A stretch of DNA of 64,000 nucleotides. Source: a virus. Within the stretch, counting starts at the first letter, position 1. Each line of letters opens with the position of its first letter. The notes under the pieces are model-generated. The model was given only the letters and a program-made list of their open reading frames with translations. It searched no databases and was not told where the DNA came from. The stretch covers positions 1,409 through 65,408 of IMG/VR virus record IMGVR_UViG_3300045988_083295. One strand, 5' to 3'. A program made the translations under genes and the position numbers. Below, in pieces: positions 27,316 to 36,731 of the stretch.

Positions 27316-29448
27316 ATGGCAACGATTTATTGTAGATTCGTTGGTGTCGTAACCGCAGATGGTTTTGCTTCTATAGGGAAGGCTGAGAAGGGTGATGTTT
27401 ACCAAGTCTCAGAACCCTTCTCTATTGGTGGCAAGAGATATGATTCGGGTTTCCACGTTGTCTGCGAACAATCCTTTTCATCGAAGATTACTCCAGATGA
27501 ATCACATTGGAAGGCATTCGATAGGGTAGAGGTTGAGCTTTACAGAGTCGGTGGTAAGTCTTACAACACGGCATGTTTCCCATTCCCGACCTATAAGGTT
27601 AGCGGAGCGAAGGGGTACATATTCACTGGAGGTACTTATCATGAAGTCCAACAGGTATCAAAAGACGCATTTGCGGCAAACGAGGGTATCTTTCTTGAGA
27701 GCGAAGAAGGGAATAGCAGTGCGACCTTTCTTGTCGGAGGCGATGGTGTGAATACCTCTCCGTCTTGGTGGAAGGGTAACACAGAGAGCATCAGTGTTTT
27801 GCCACAAGGCTCTATTCTTATTCTTGGCCCATCAACTACTTCCAATGACGTCGGATTCTTTATTCCAGCGGATGGTGTAACGACATTATACCCAAATCAT
27901 GCATATATTGTAACAAACAAAAATATGGCAGATAAAACTTATATTCAATTTACTGGCCGTCTGAAGGCCACAAGCCAAGAGGGTATCTTGGCCGAGGCTC
28001 AGCAGATTGCCATCTCAGGAAGTGATAACACTAATGTCAAGCAGTACATTGACAACAAGATCTCTTCCGTTAACAATAACATCAATTCTGTAGCAGGAAG
28101 CGTGTATCGCCCGAAGGGTAGCATAACCTTCGCAGGACTTAAGGCGTTGGCTTCGGCTACGGCAGGTGACGTGTACAATGTGACTGACGCATTCACGCTT
28201 GGTTCCAAGAGTTATCCTGCTGGTTCCAACGTTGCGTGCCTCAAGTCATTCTCTTCCGCTGTCACTCCCAGTGAGACCTACTGGGACGTGCTCGCTGGAT
28301 TCGTAGACCTCTCTCCGTATGCCAAGACTTCTGAGGTGAGCACCATCAAGGGTAACCTTGAGAAGTCCATCTCAGACAATGTGTCAACGCTCACTACGAA
28401 GGTCGGCACGGCTCAGACTACGGCCAATGCCGCGAAGTCGGCAGCTTCCACCAATGCAGGTGAAATCACCAAGATCAAGACTCGTGTATCTTCTTTGGAG
28501 GGTGTTGGCGCTCAGGCCAATGTCATCGAATCCGTGAAGGTCAATGGCTCGGCTCTTCCTATCTCTAACAAGAGTGTGAATGTTGACCTCAGTGCTTATA
28601 CCAAGACAACGGAACTCGACAACAGAATCAACTTGAAGAGTGAAAGCGGTGGCTATAAAAGCGTGTCAATCTTTGGTGGCGCGGTTAGGTTGTCTGTAGG
28701 AACAGATGTCAACCATCAACAGATTAACATTGGTGACGGAGTCGTTATCGGTACTAACGTAGAAATCCGTACTGGCGTAAAAATTAGTCTAGGCGGAAAC
28801 GGTAGACTTCAGCTCATTGGTAATACTGTTAAAGATATTGCCAATGTTGAAGACTTAGCCGGATACGTACAGAAGGTGTCAGGCAAGGGCTTGTCATCAA
28901 ACGACTATACGAGTGCTGAGAAGACCAAGCTTGCAGGTATCGCCTCTTCGGCTCAGGTGAACGTCATCGAATCTGTCAAAGTCAATGGTTCGGCATTGGC
29001 CGTTGCTAACAAGGCCGTGAACATTGACCTCTCTTCTTACGCCAAGGGTTCGGATGTCGACAGACTGAAGAAAATGACCAAGAAGTTTGTTGCTCTTCCG
29101 TTTACGTTCGGCATCGAAGTCGGAACTCCTACGTTTGAAAGTAGTTCGATTACTATCAATGGCGAGACCACGGTCTACTACAGCAAGGCTGGCAAGACTT
29201 TCTACGTGCAGTCTAACATGAAGAATTACAAAAGTTGGGCTAATTCTGCTGGTTTCCCGGGTAAAGTGGAGTATAACGATGAGAATATTCTCTTCCTTGA
29301 GACCACCACGAAAGGGTTGTACATGAAGACCGCAGATGGTCTTGTGCTCTGCAATCAGAGTATTGTCAGTGGTTATGCGACCACTTCTGCTCTGAAGGCC
29401 GCTGAGAATCGTATCACCGCACTTGAGAACCTTCTCAAGCTTGCATAA
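27316..29448 (+). CDS. Tail fibre protein with internal repeats
   Basis: 710 aa. Duplicated GDVY(Q/N)V...(S/A)..TP.E..W block (nt 27391 and 28165) and a duplicated NVIESVKVNGSAL...N(K)(S/A)VN(V/I)DLS block. Confidence 0.7.
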   Translation: MATIYCRFVGVVTADGFASIGKAEKGDVYQVSEPFSIGGKRYDSGFHVVCEQSFSSKITPDESHWKAFDRVEVELYRVGGKSYNTACFPFPTYKVSGAKGYIFTGGTYHEVQQVSKDAFAANEGIFLESEEGNSSATFLVGGDGVNTSPSWWKGNTESISVLPQGSILILGPSTTSNDVGFFIPADGVTTLYPNHAYIVTNKNMADKTYIQFTGRLKATSQEGILAEAQQIAISGSDNTNVKQYIDNKISSVNNNINSVAGSVYRPKGSITFAGLKALASATAGDVYNVTDAFTLGSKSYPAGSNVACLKSFSSAVTPSETYWDVLAGFVDLSPYAKTSEVSTIKGNLEKSISDNVSTLTTKVGTAQTTANAAKSAASTNAGEITKIKTRVSSLEGVGAQANVIESVKVNGSALPISNKSVNVDLSAYTKTTELDNRINLKSESGGYKSVSIFGGAVRLSVGTDVNHQQINIGDGVVIGTNVEIRTGVKISLGGNGRLQLIGNTVKDIANVEDLAGYVQKVSGKGLSSNDYTSAEKTKLAGIASSAQVNVIESVKVNGSALAVANKAVNIDLSSYAKGSDVDRLKKMTKKFVALPFTFGIEVGTPTFESSSITINGETTVYYSKAGKTFYVQSNMKNYKSWANSAGFPGKVEYNDENILFLETTTKGLYMKTADGLVLCNQSIVSGYATTSALKAAENRITALENLLKLA
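28519..29049 (+). repeat. Two ~90-nt intragenic repeat copies (28519-28608 and 28960-29049)
   Basis: Both encode NVIESVKVNGSAL(P/A)(I/V)(S/A)NK(S/A)VN(V/I)DLS(A/S)Y(T/A)K. Roughly three quarters of the nucleotides are identical by eye. Confidence 0.8.
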
Positions 29449-29454
29449 CCAATT

Positions 29455-29493
29455 GCAGCACCCTGCATCCCCTTGTGGGGTGCTGCCCTTTTC
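29455..29493 (+). terminator. Terminator after the tail fibre gene
   Basis: 9-bp stem GCAGCACCC / GGGTGCTGC, followed by CCTTTTC. Confidence 0.6.
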
Positions 29494-29513
29494 AAACAAA
29501 CAATAAACTACAC

Positions 29514-30410
29514 ATGAGAAAGACAAGGTGCTCCATCGTCATTACAGCATACAATGTTGACCGCTACATCAAGCAGTGCGTAGACAGCGCGCTGAATCAG
29601 ACAGAACCTTGCGAGGTTATCGTTGTGGCCGACTGTCCTACTGACAATACAAAGGATATTCTTGCTTCGTATGGCAAGAAAATCAAATTGGTGAATCACT
29701 TATGCAACCAAGGCGCCGGCCAATCACGTAGGGATGGCATCAGCCATGCTACGTCAGAGTTTGTTCTTCTTCTGGACGGAGATGATTACATTGACAGAGA
29801 CTTTGTAAAGCAATTGGTAGCCAAGGCTGACAAGACGGGTGCCGACATTGTCAGTGGCGGTATCCGCATATTGAACGAAGATGGTTCATGGAATGCGACC
29901 TCTTACGGAGAGTGCATCACGGAAGGCCGCGACAAGGTGACCAAATTCTGGGGCGAGAGAATTGTCTTCATGAATAACAAAATAATCAAAAGATCCCTTT
30001 ACGAAACCGTTCCCTACTGCAATAGGCGATACATTGAGGATACGCCCACGATAATTCCTATCATGTTCTATGCGAACAAGGTTGCTTACGTGGACAATAT
30101 CGGATACACGTATCGCATGAATCCCCAATCGCTCACCCACACTTCGAACCTCATGAAAGACTTGATCTACAAGGGGCTGTGTTGGCTTGATATGGTGGAT
30201 TTCTTTAACGAGCATGACAAGGGTATGTTCGAGGCCATTGATATCATTGGCTATCTCCGTAACATTATCGGTACGCTCAACAAGGTGCATATCACGGATA
30301 CAATGATTGTTCCCTACAAGAAACAATGGGATGAATTCATTCTTCGATTGATGAATTGCATTGAGATTACCAATGTGAATATTATTGATGGGGTAAAGGG
30401 GTGTAACTGA
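29514..30410 (+). CDS. Family 2 (GT-A) glycosyltransferase
   Basis: CSIVITAYNVDRYIKQCVDSALNQT N-terminal GT2 signature and a DxD (LLLDGDDYI). ATG at 29514 is preferred over the GTG at 29475, which lies in the terminator. Confidence 0.8.
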   Translation: MRKTRCSIVITAYNVDRYIKQCVDSALNQTEPCEVIVVADCPTDNTKDILASYGKKIKLVNHLCNQGAGQSRRDGISHATSEFVLLLDGDDYIDRDFVKQLVAKADKTGADIVSGGIRILNEDGSWNATSYGECITEGRDKVTKFWGERIVFMNNKIIKRSLYETVPYCNRRYIEDTPTIIPIMFYANKVAYVDNIGYTYRMNPQSLTHTSNLMKDLIYKGLCWLDMVDFFNEHDKGMFEAIDIIGYLRNIIGTLNKVHITDTMIVPYKKQWDEFILRLMNCIEITNVNIIDGVKGCN

Positions 30411-30455
30411 AATGTTGACCACTATGCCAATTAATGAATTAAAGTCAACAAACAT

Positions 30456-31379
30456 ATGGCAAACGTATCATGGAGCAGCCTTGAAGGGAACTTTTTTCGC
30501 ATAGATGTTGGCACAAGCAAGGCCAGCGCGCTTACCGTAACGGACAATACCATTCTGCATATCTGCACGGATGGCGCAATCGTGATGAATGGAGAGACCA
30601 TTGCCGAACGCAATGCAGACCTTTCTGGTTATATGCAGAAGTCGGGCGGTACGTTTACGGGTAACGTGAATGTTGGTTCTACTTCCACCAACCGAAATAT
30701 GTATGTTTATGGCCTAACGAGTTTGCAGGGGAATGTGACAATCGGTAACGCGACCACGAACAAGACTCTCAAGGTCTACGGCAAGGCCAGCACCACGAGT
30801 GATTTGACAGTTGGCGGTTCGTTGGCTGTCACCTCAGATAGGATCACCCTGAAGAACAATGGTTACTCAGTCTATCTGTATAAGCCCACAGACGAATACT
30901 TCTACCTCTTGATGTCCAACAAGAACGGATCGACATGGAACGACCTTCGACCGTTGACCATCAACATGACCAACGGATGGATGTCGCTTGCAAGTGGTGC
31001 GATGACATTGGTCAACAACGGCGATGTGAAAGTGGCCAATACCCTGACGGCAACCAAATTGGTTCAGACCAGCACCTCAGACCTTCGTGCCAAGGAAAAT
31101 CTCAATGCAGACTTTGACGCGTTGGCGAAGTTGCGCGAGTTGGGCGATGTGTATGAATTCGACTACAAGGCTGACGGCAAGCATAGCTATGGCCTTATTG
31201 CCCAGAATGTGGAACAGTCGGAGTTGAAGGATATGGTTGGCTATGTTGATAAGGATGATCCTGATTCGCTTCGGTATGTCAATTATCTTGACCCTAGAAT
31301 TACGGCACTTCTTATCAAGAGTGTCAGGCAGTTGCAGGATGAGGTGACCAAACTTCGTTCTGAGCGATTAAAAGAATGA
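30456..31379 (+). CDS. Tail fibre/spike with C-terminal S74 intramolecular chaperone domain
   Basis: SDLRAKENL...YEFDYKADGKHSYGLIAQNVEQ... matches the peptidase S74 auto-cleaving chaperone signature. Confidence 0.8.
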   Translation: MANVSWSSLEGNFFRIDVGTSKASALTVTDNTILHICTDGAIVMNGETIAERNADLSGYMQKSGGTFTGNVNVGSTSTNRNMYVYGLTSLQGNVTIGNATTNKTLKVYGKASTTSDLTVGGSLAVTSDRITLKNNGYSVYLYKPTDEYFYLLMSNKNGSTWNDLRPLTINMTNGWMSLASGAMTLVNNGDVKVANTLTATKLVQTSTSDLRAKENLNADFDALAKLRELGDVYEFDYKADGKHSYGLIAQNVEQSELKDMVGYVDKDDPDSLRYVNYLDPRITALLIKSVRQLQDEVTKLRSERLKE

Positions 31380-31383
31380 TACG

Positions 31384-31917
31384 ATGATTAATGTAACAAC
31401 AAGCGGTGGCAACATGGCTGTCAATGCAGGTGCGGCTGTTGGTGTTGGCGTGTTCTACGAGGAGATGTTGCAGGTGTTCTTTGACCTGCGATGGGCGGTG
31501 GCTTTCATCGGTATCCTTGTTCTCACGGATTTTTGGCTCGGTCTGACCGCCAGTGTTCGTGTACGTGGGGAGGACTTCCGCTTCAGTAGGGCATTGCGAA
31601 GAACAACAACCAAGTTCTTGGAGTATGTCTGCTACATCGTGTTCGGTGTATTGCTAGTCAAGGCTTGCATTGAGCCATTCGGTATTGGCAGTGATCTCAT
31701 GGGTGGCGCGATTGGCGCAAGCGTGGGCTTCATTGCTGAGTTTGACAGCATATATGGACACTTCTGTGACCTGCATGGAATCAAGAGGCGTATATCCCTG
31801 AAGCGCATCTTTGTGGCATGGCTCAAGCAGAAGAACGAAGGTGTCGGTGAGGCCGTAGAGCAGGCATTAAATGAATCTGAAAAAGAAGCAGGAAATGAAA
31901 CGAATAGCAACACATAA
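31384..31917 (+). CDS. Holin candidate
   Basis: 177 aa with three hydrophobic helices and a charged C-terminal tail. First gene of the lysis cassette. Confidence 0.5.
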   Translation: MINVTTSGGNMAVNAGAAVGVGVFYEEMLQVFFDLRWAVAFIGILVLTDFWLGLTASVRVRGEDFRFSRALRRTTTKFLEYVCYIVFGVLLVKACIEPFGIGSDLMGGAIGASVGFIAEFDSIYGHFCDLHGIKRRISLKRIFVAWLKQKNEGVGEAVEQALNESEKEAGNETNSNT

Positions 31918-32440
31918 CAGTGTGACGGGGGAGAAGGGCAAGGGATTGCTCTCCTTCCTTGTTGCTCCATTTTCCAAGTGTCAGAGCAAGACTTTGGAAG
32001 AGCAGTATGATGCAGGATGCCGATTCTTCGACATTCGTACATGGTTGCGACCTGATGGTATATGGGTGTGCGGCCATGGAATGTGGACGGCTAAGATTAC
32101 GCTATCCGATGTGCTGGATTTCTTCTTGAAGCATGAGGATGCCTATTTCAGTATTACCATTGAGAAGGGTGAACTGGATGAGTATGCCAACCAGCTGCTA
32201 TACGATTTCGGATTCATCAATGGATGTCATCTTCGATATCAACTGGCGTACATTGCGGTCAAGAAGCCTCAGTGGCGTATTGTGAAGAGCTTTTACGATA
32301 TGAATATCGCTGAGGGTTATAAGAATCTTGATGGAAGGTCTTGGCACACTTACCTTCCTATTCCTTGGCTATGGAAGAAGATCTACTACAACAAGCCGGT
32401 ATTCCTTAACAGCATATACGTGATGGTTGACTTCCTCTAA
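31895..32440 (+). CDS. PI-PLC X-domain-like phosphodiesterase
   Basis: ATHNS (His7), FFDIR (Arg48) and CGHG (His61), with the His-Arg-His order and spacing of bacterial PI-PLC catalytic residues. The start overlaps the holin 3' end. Confidence 0.55.
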   Translation: MKRIATHNSVTGEKGKGLLSFLVAPFSKCQSKTLEEQYDAGCRFFDIRTWLRPDGIWVCGHGMWTAKITLSDVLDFFLKHEDAYFSITIEKGELDEYANQLLYDFGFINGCHLRYQLAYIAVKKPQWRIVKSFYDMNIAEGYKNLDGRSWHTYLPIPWLWKKIYYNKPVFLNSIYVMVDFL

Positions 32441-32456
32441 TAATACTATATAACTT

Positions 32457-33026
32457 ATGGCAAACTTCAATACTTACGCCCAGTTTCTGCAATCGTGGGA
32501 AGGTGGGTATGTTAATGACAAGGATGACAGCGGTGGCGCAACGATGTGTGGTGTGACCATCGCTGCGTGGACTAGCTATTGCCGTCAGCATGGCATGCGC
32601 GCCACGACGCAGACTCTTCGCTCCATGACCAAGGAACAGTGGGGTGAGATCATGAAGAACGGATATTGGGATGCCGTGTGGGGTGACCATATCCACAGTC
32701 TGAGCATTGCTTCGATGATGGCCGATTGGGCCATCAATTCAGGACCCAAGAGGGTTGTCAAGTATGTTCAGCGGATTCTTCCCGGTATCTCTGTTGACGG
32801 GATCATGGGTCCGAAGACCTTGAACCGAATCAACGCGATGAAGCCTTCTGTGTTGTTTGCCGAGATTCGCAAGGCAAGGCTTAACTACTACGCCGGCCTT
32901 GCCGAGAAGGATGAGCGCAAGAAGAAATATCTGGAAGGATGGAACAATCGCGTGAATGCGATGCAGTTTGGTGTGCTTGTGTGCAACGACAAGAAGCACA
33001 CCAAGATTACTTGGAGCGAATCATAA
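32457..33026 (+). CDS. Endolysin, GH108 muramidase with PG_binding_3 domain
   Basis: WEGGYVNDKDDSGGATMCGVT (GH108 signature with catalytic Glu) and VDGIMGPKTLNRIN (peptidoglycan-binding motif). Confidence 0.85.
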   Translation: MANFNTYAQFLQSWEGGYVNDKDDSGGATMCGVTIAAWTSYCRQHGMRATTQTLRSMTKEQWGEIMKNGYWDAVWGDHIHSLSIASMMADWAINSGPKRVVKYVQRILPGISVDGIMGPKTLNRINAMKPSVLFAEIRKARLNYYAGLAEKDERKKKYLEGWNNRVNAMQFGVLVCNDKKHTKITWSES

Positions 33027-33047
33027 CATTACAATTGACGCAATAAT

Positions 33048-33371
33048 ATGGAAGGACGCAAGACCGGTGGACGCAAGAAAGGGACTCCCAACAAGCAGAA
33101 ACCTTCGCAACAGATTATACACGGCATACTCACTCAGACTGTAGGCGAATACTTCGAATCCGATGAATTTGCTGCGGATATGGCTCAGCTTGAACCAAAG
33201 GACAGACTGTTGGTGATGGAGCGTTTGGCGCAATATATTTTACCCAAGCAGCAAGCTCAGAAGGTGGAAATGAATGCCACGGCCAATGTCGCACCTTCCT
33301 TTGCTGCACAATTGCGTGATCTCGCTTCACAATATGAATCACCATCCACGACTGAGGATCAAAAGGAATAA
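33048..33371 (+). CDS. Hypothetical protein with basic N-terminus (GGRKKGTPNK)
   Basis: ORF track. AT-hook-like basic motif. Function unknown. Confidence 0.55.
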   Translation: MEGRKTGGRKKGTPNKQKPSQQIIHGILTQTVGEYFESDEFAADMAQLEPKDRLLVMERLAQYILPKQQAQKVEMNATANVAPSFAAQLRDLASQYESPSTTEDQKE

Positions 33372-36217
33372 TGGCTATGGAGCAATTGACGATACAATAT
33401 AAGGGTATGGCCTCGCAGCCGTCTGATTATTTGGTTGAGGACGGCAATCTGAATATGGCCGTCAATCTTGAGATGCGTGATGGAAGCTTGCATGCGGCTC
33501 GGGTTCCGCGAAATAAGTGGTTCCATTGCGATAAATTCACGCCTCGCTTCATCCACAATACGAGTGATGGAAGGGAGATAGTTCTCGGCATTGTCGAGGA
33601 GTATGAGGTTGTCAGCCATGACGGCGAAGGCAGTTCACACACTCAACGGACTGGCAAGTATACGATTGGCGCATGCGATATAACGGGTGACAGGGATACG
33701 TTTGAAGAACTGGAGATGGACGGCATGCCTTCAGCGGACGAGCCTAGTGACATTGGCAATTTCTGTGCCATTGGGAATCTGGTATCTCTGACGGTCAATG
33801 GGGTGCTGATGCATATGTCTTACAATGATTGGACTTACAATATTCTTGAGCATTCCATTCCGTTTATACCTCTTCATTTTGACACATTGAGGGTGGCCGA
33901 CAATCTTTCTACGGTTGATGGAGGCCGGGATTTGGATTCCGTTCTTCCTAATCGTATGGATTGTTTGCCGAAGAGTGGGGATCTACCCTATTTATTGCCC
34001 AATAAGTATAAGACGGAGAAGGAGATTATCGAATGGTACAAGACAACCGAGTCTTACCAGAAGATGTCTGACCAGTGTCTTGGAACGCATAATAAGGTAC
34101 GTGAACGACTTCTCAAGGACAATGTACTCATGTATCCAGTCATGCTGGTGTACGCCATCAAACTGTATGACGGAAGCTATGTTCAGAAGTCGAATCCAAT
34201 TCTGTTGTTCCCGGTGGCAAATAGTGTTGAATGCAAGGCCAACTTTCCGACAGATTTTCCGGGTTATGACAGCGGTGATGAGCAGATAAGCAAGCCAGAC
34301 AGTGAATTCAAATATCACTTCAAGGTTCGTGGCATGTTCTACGAGGCGTATAGGATTTGCATGACGTCGCTGACAGACGAGGCGAATGAGGCAATTAAAA
34401 AGATTCGCGAATCTTATGGAAGCATTGTTGAAGGAGTTGATTTCTTTTTGAGTGAAAATATATACACCATTAATCCTGACGAGATGGAAGTGGCCACCCA
34501 GAAACTTTTGATGCAGGATGGCTCAAGCTTCACCCCAAGGATTTTTGTTTCCCCTCAGTTCGAGACGAGAGACTTGTGGCAAGAGATTCCCAAGATTGGT
34601 AACTTCTATCTTGTCAAGTCGGTGAAGCTGGAAGAACTTCCGAAGCTATGCAAGGATGGCACATATCTTCTTGACAAGAGTCGAGACAATACTGACCTTA
34701 CCAATTACACCCAGAAAGAGAGCATAACCCTGACCAATGTCCAAGGGTATACGAATATGCATTGCGAGGGGCTGATGTCGTACAACTCAAGACTCATCGC
34801 CTACGGCATACGCAGCAGCATGCTTGACCTTAACGATATGGATGTGTATTGCCCAACAATATCCAATCCCAGCGGCGGCAAGGAATTGCCCAATGATTAT
34901 GCCAAGGCTCACTTGTATTCCCGAATATACAACAAGGTGCGCATTGTCGTGAAGCCTCCGTTTGAGAGGGAGATTGTTATTGGGTATGACAGCAATATGG
35001 AAAGGTTGTTCCCGATCCTATTCATGTATCCATCCCTATATTGCACTGATGCTTATCTCGGCATGCCTGATAACAAGTCATGCTTGCATAAGGAGATGAC
35101 GGCACACAAGCTTCTTGTTATGTCGTATATAATCACCAAGCCTACTAGGCCAGGGCAGCTCACCTTGTCAGACTGGAAGTTGTCCTTGGATGCCCTTCCC
35201 GATGTGAGCAAGGATAAGACTGTGGCCAACGAGAATCTGGTCAAGGCTTCCGATGTCAACAATCCATTTGTGTTCAGCGATGGCAATTCTACAACTTGTG
35301 GCAAGGGTAAGGTGAAGGTCGTTGCAGCTAACACGCAACCTATCAGCCAAGGTCAGTTTGGCCAATATCCTATCTTCGCTTTCTGCTCTGATGGCGTGTA
35401 TGCTATAGGCATAGGTGGCAATGGCACCATACAGAATTGCGTGCCGTACAGCACGGATGTCATTACTGATGCCGTCAGCTTGTGCAATGTTGGACGTGAT
35501 ATAGTATTCGTGAGCAGTTCGGGCGTTATGTCTATTGGGGATGAGGGACGCAAGATGTTGCTGTCCGCTGACAAGAATGCAACATATGTGTTCGACGACA
35601 ACAATCAGAATGGTGTAATTCGTGAGGTCATCAATAATCATTATCCTGCTATCACGATACCATCGATGGCCAACCTCTATAAGTACCTGACTGATGGTGC
35701 CCGAATCGCCTTCGACTATCAAAATCGAAGGTTGATTGTGTTCAATCCGCAATACACTTACAGCTATCTGATGGATCTTGATACGCAGCAGTGGACCGTA
35801 CTTACCCGGAAATTCGTTGATCATCTCAACCCGGTGGCGCAATGTCTGATGGTGGATGCCGACAATGAGACGGTCTATGACTATAGTACAGATGACGTTC
35901 AGCAAGAGATGGCTGCATGGCTGTCAACGCGCGCCATGAAGTTAGGCGCTCCAGACTATCACAAGACTATTCGCACTATGATTCAACGAGGGCAACTCCA
36001 CAGCCGTACTTCCGTAGGGCAATTGCTGTATGGCTCCAGGGATATGGTCAGCTGGTACCCAATCCGATCGAGCATAACCTCAGTGATGAGGGGCTTCGGA
36101 GGATCGGGCTACAAGTACTTTCGCGTTTTCGCATTCCTTCCGCAGATGACTCAGAAGGACAGCCTATATGGATGTAGCGTAGGTTTTGATATTAGGATGA
36201 CAAGCAGGATGCGTTAG
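33371..36217 (+). CDS. Large virion structural protein (tail/baseplate candidate)
   Basis: 948-aa ORF with TAATG start-stop overlap. No motif recognised. Confidence 0.6.
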   Translation: MAMEQLTIQYKGMASQPSDYLVEDGNLNMAVNLEMRDGSLHAARVPRNKWFHCDKFTPRFIHNTSDGREIVLGIVEEYEVVSHDGEGSSHTQRTGKYTIGACDITGDRDTFEELEMDGMPSADEPSDIGNFCAIGNLVSLTVNGVLMHMSYNDWTYNILEHSIPFIPLHFDTLRVADNLSTVDGGRDLDSVLPNRMDCLPKSGDLPYLLPNKYKTEKEIIEWYKTTESYQKMSDQCLGTHNKVRERLLKDNVLMYPVMLVYAIKLYDGSYVQKSNPILLFPVANSVECKANFPTDFPGYDSGDEQISKPDSEFKYHFKVRGMFYEAYRICMTSLTDEANEAIKKIRESYGSIVEGVDFFLSENIYTINPDEMEVATQKLLMQDGSSFTPRIFVSPQFETRDLWQEIPKIGNFYLVKSVKLEELPKLCKDGTYLLDKSRDNTDLTNYTQKESITLTNVQGYTNMHCEGLMSYNSRLIAYGIRSSMLDLNDMDVYCPTISNPSGGKELPNDYAKAHLYSRIYNKVRIVVKPPFEREIVIGYDSNMERLFPILFMYPSLYCTDAYLGMPDNKSCLHKEMTAHKLLVMSYIITKPTRPGQLTLSDWKLSLDALPDVSKDKTVANENLVKASDVNNPFVFSDGNSTTCGKGKVKVVAANTQPISQGQFGQYPIFAFCSDGVYAIGIGGNGTIQNCVPYSTDVITDAVSLCNVGRDIVFVSSSGVMSIGDEGRKMLLSADKNATYVFDDNNQNGVIREVINNHYPAITIPSMANLYKYLTDGARIAFDYQNRRLIVFNPQYTYSYLMDLDTQQWTVLTRKFVDHLNPVAQCLMVDADNETVYDYSTDDVQQEMAAWLSTRAMKLGAPDYHKTIRTMIQRGQLHSRTSVGQLLYGSRDMVSWYPIRSSITSVMRGFGGSGYKYFRVFAFLPQMTQKDSLYGCSVGFDIRMTSRMR

Positions 36218-36301
36218 AACGCATGACGGGGGGTAATAAAAAAACGTCCCCAACACTTTAAAGAAATGAAGGCTCAACTACATTCTTAACTACACATGTT
36301 T

Positions 36302-36365
36302 GCACAAGCACAGCGTGTCGGGGACGGGGATTGTCCTTAATTCTGCTGTGCTTGTGCGTTTTTTA
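36302..36365 (+). terminator. Strong terminator with 13-bp stem
   Basis: GCACAAGCACAGC / GCTGTGCTTGTGC with a 30-nt structured loop, then GTTTTTT. It is nested in an outer 9-bp stem, CTCAACTAC (36273) / GTAGTTGAG (36376). Confidence 0.75.
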
Positions 36366-36411
36366 TGTGCGTAGCGTAGTTGAGTCAAGGGCAAAGGTAA
36401 GAAAGAATCTT

Positions 36412-36419
36412 TAAATTTG
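36412..36419 (+). promoter_or_regulatory. -7 box TAAATTTG
   Basis: Matches TAnnTTTG but lies only 6 nt before the ATG at 36426, so the transcript would be leaderless or this is a chance match. Confidence 0.3.
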
Positions 36420-36425
36420 CCAACT

Positions 36426-36731
36426 ATGAGAGTGAAAAGAACCAAGGATATGTTGTATAACATATTTTGCAAGGCTGTGGAAGCCACATTGGAGGCAAGC
36501 GGACTGACGTTTGACAAGCTTGCAACCTCTAGAGATGAGAAGAGCGTTACGGCCAGAGTCGTTCTTATTGATGTGCTTATGACTGCCGGGATGAGTGAAT
36601 CGATGATTGTGGAGTTGAGTGGCATGAGCCAACAACGCGTTAACCGTCTCAAGAACTCTGCTCGCTATAGACTCAAGGGGTTGCTTGGCAAGATGATGCG
36701 CAAGGAAGTTGGTGATGCCTTGGCCGTATAA
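36426..36731 (+). CDS. Small HTH-like protein (possible regulator)
   Basis: ARVVLIDVLMTAGMSESMIVELSGMSQQRVNRL looks like a helix-turn-helix of the DnaA-C/sigma region 4 type. Confidence 0.45.
   Translation: MRVKRTKDMLYNIFCKAVEATLEASGLTFDKLATSRDEKSVTARVVLIDVLMTAGMSESMIVELSGMSQQRVNRLKNSARYRLKGLLGKMMRKEVGDALAV

Noticed and set aside
26789-27352. 187-aa ORF in an alternative frame overlapping the 26494-27300 structural gene
   Set aside because: Pro/Arg/Ser/Leu-rich off-frame translation of a well-formed gene, with no independent start context.
27316-29448. Diversity-generating retroelement targeting the tail fibre
   Set aside because: The repeats are intragenic protein-domain duplications, with substitutions not restricted to adenines. 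No reverse transcriptase or template repeat is present in the window.
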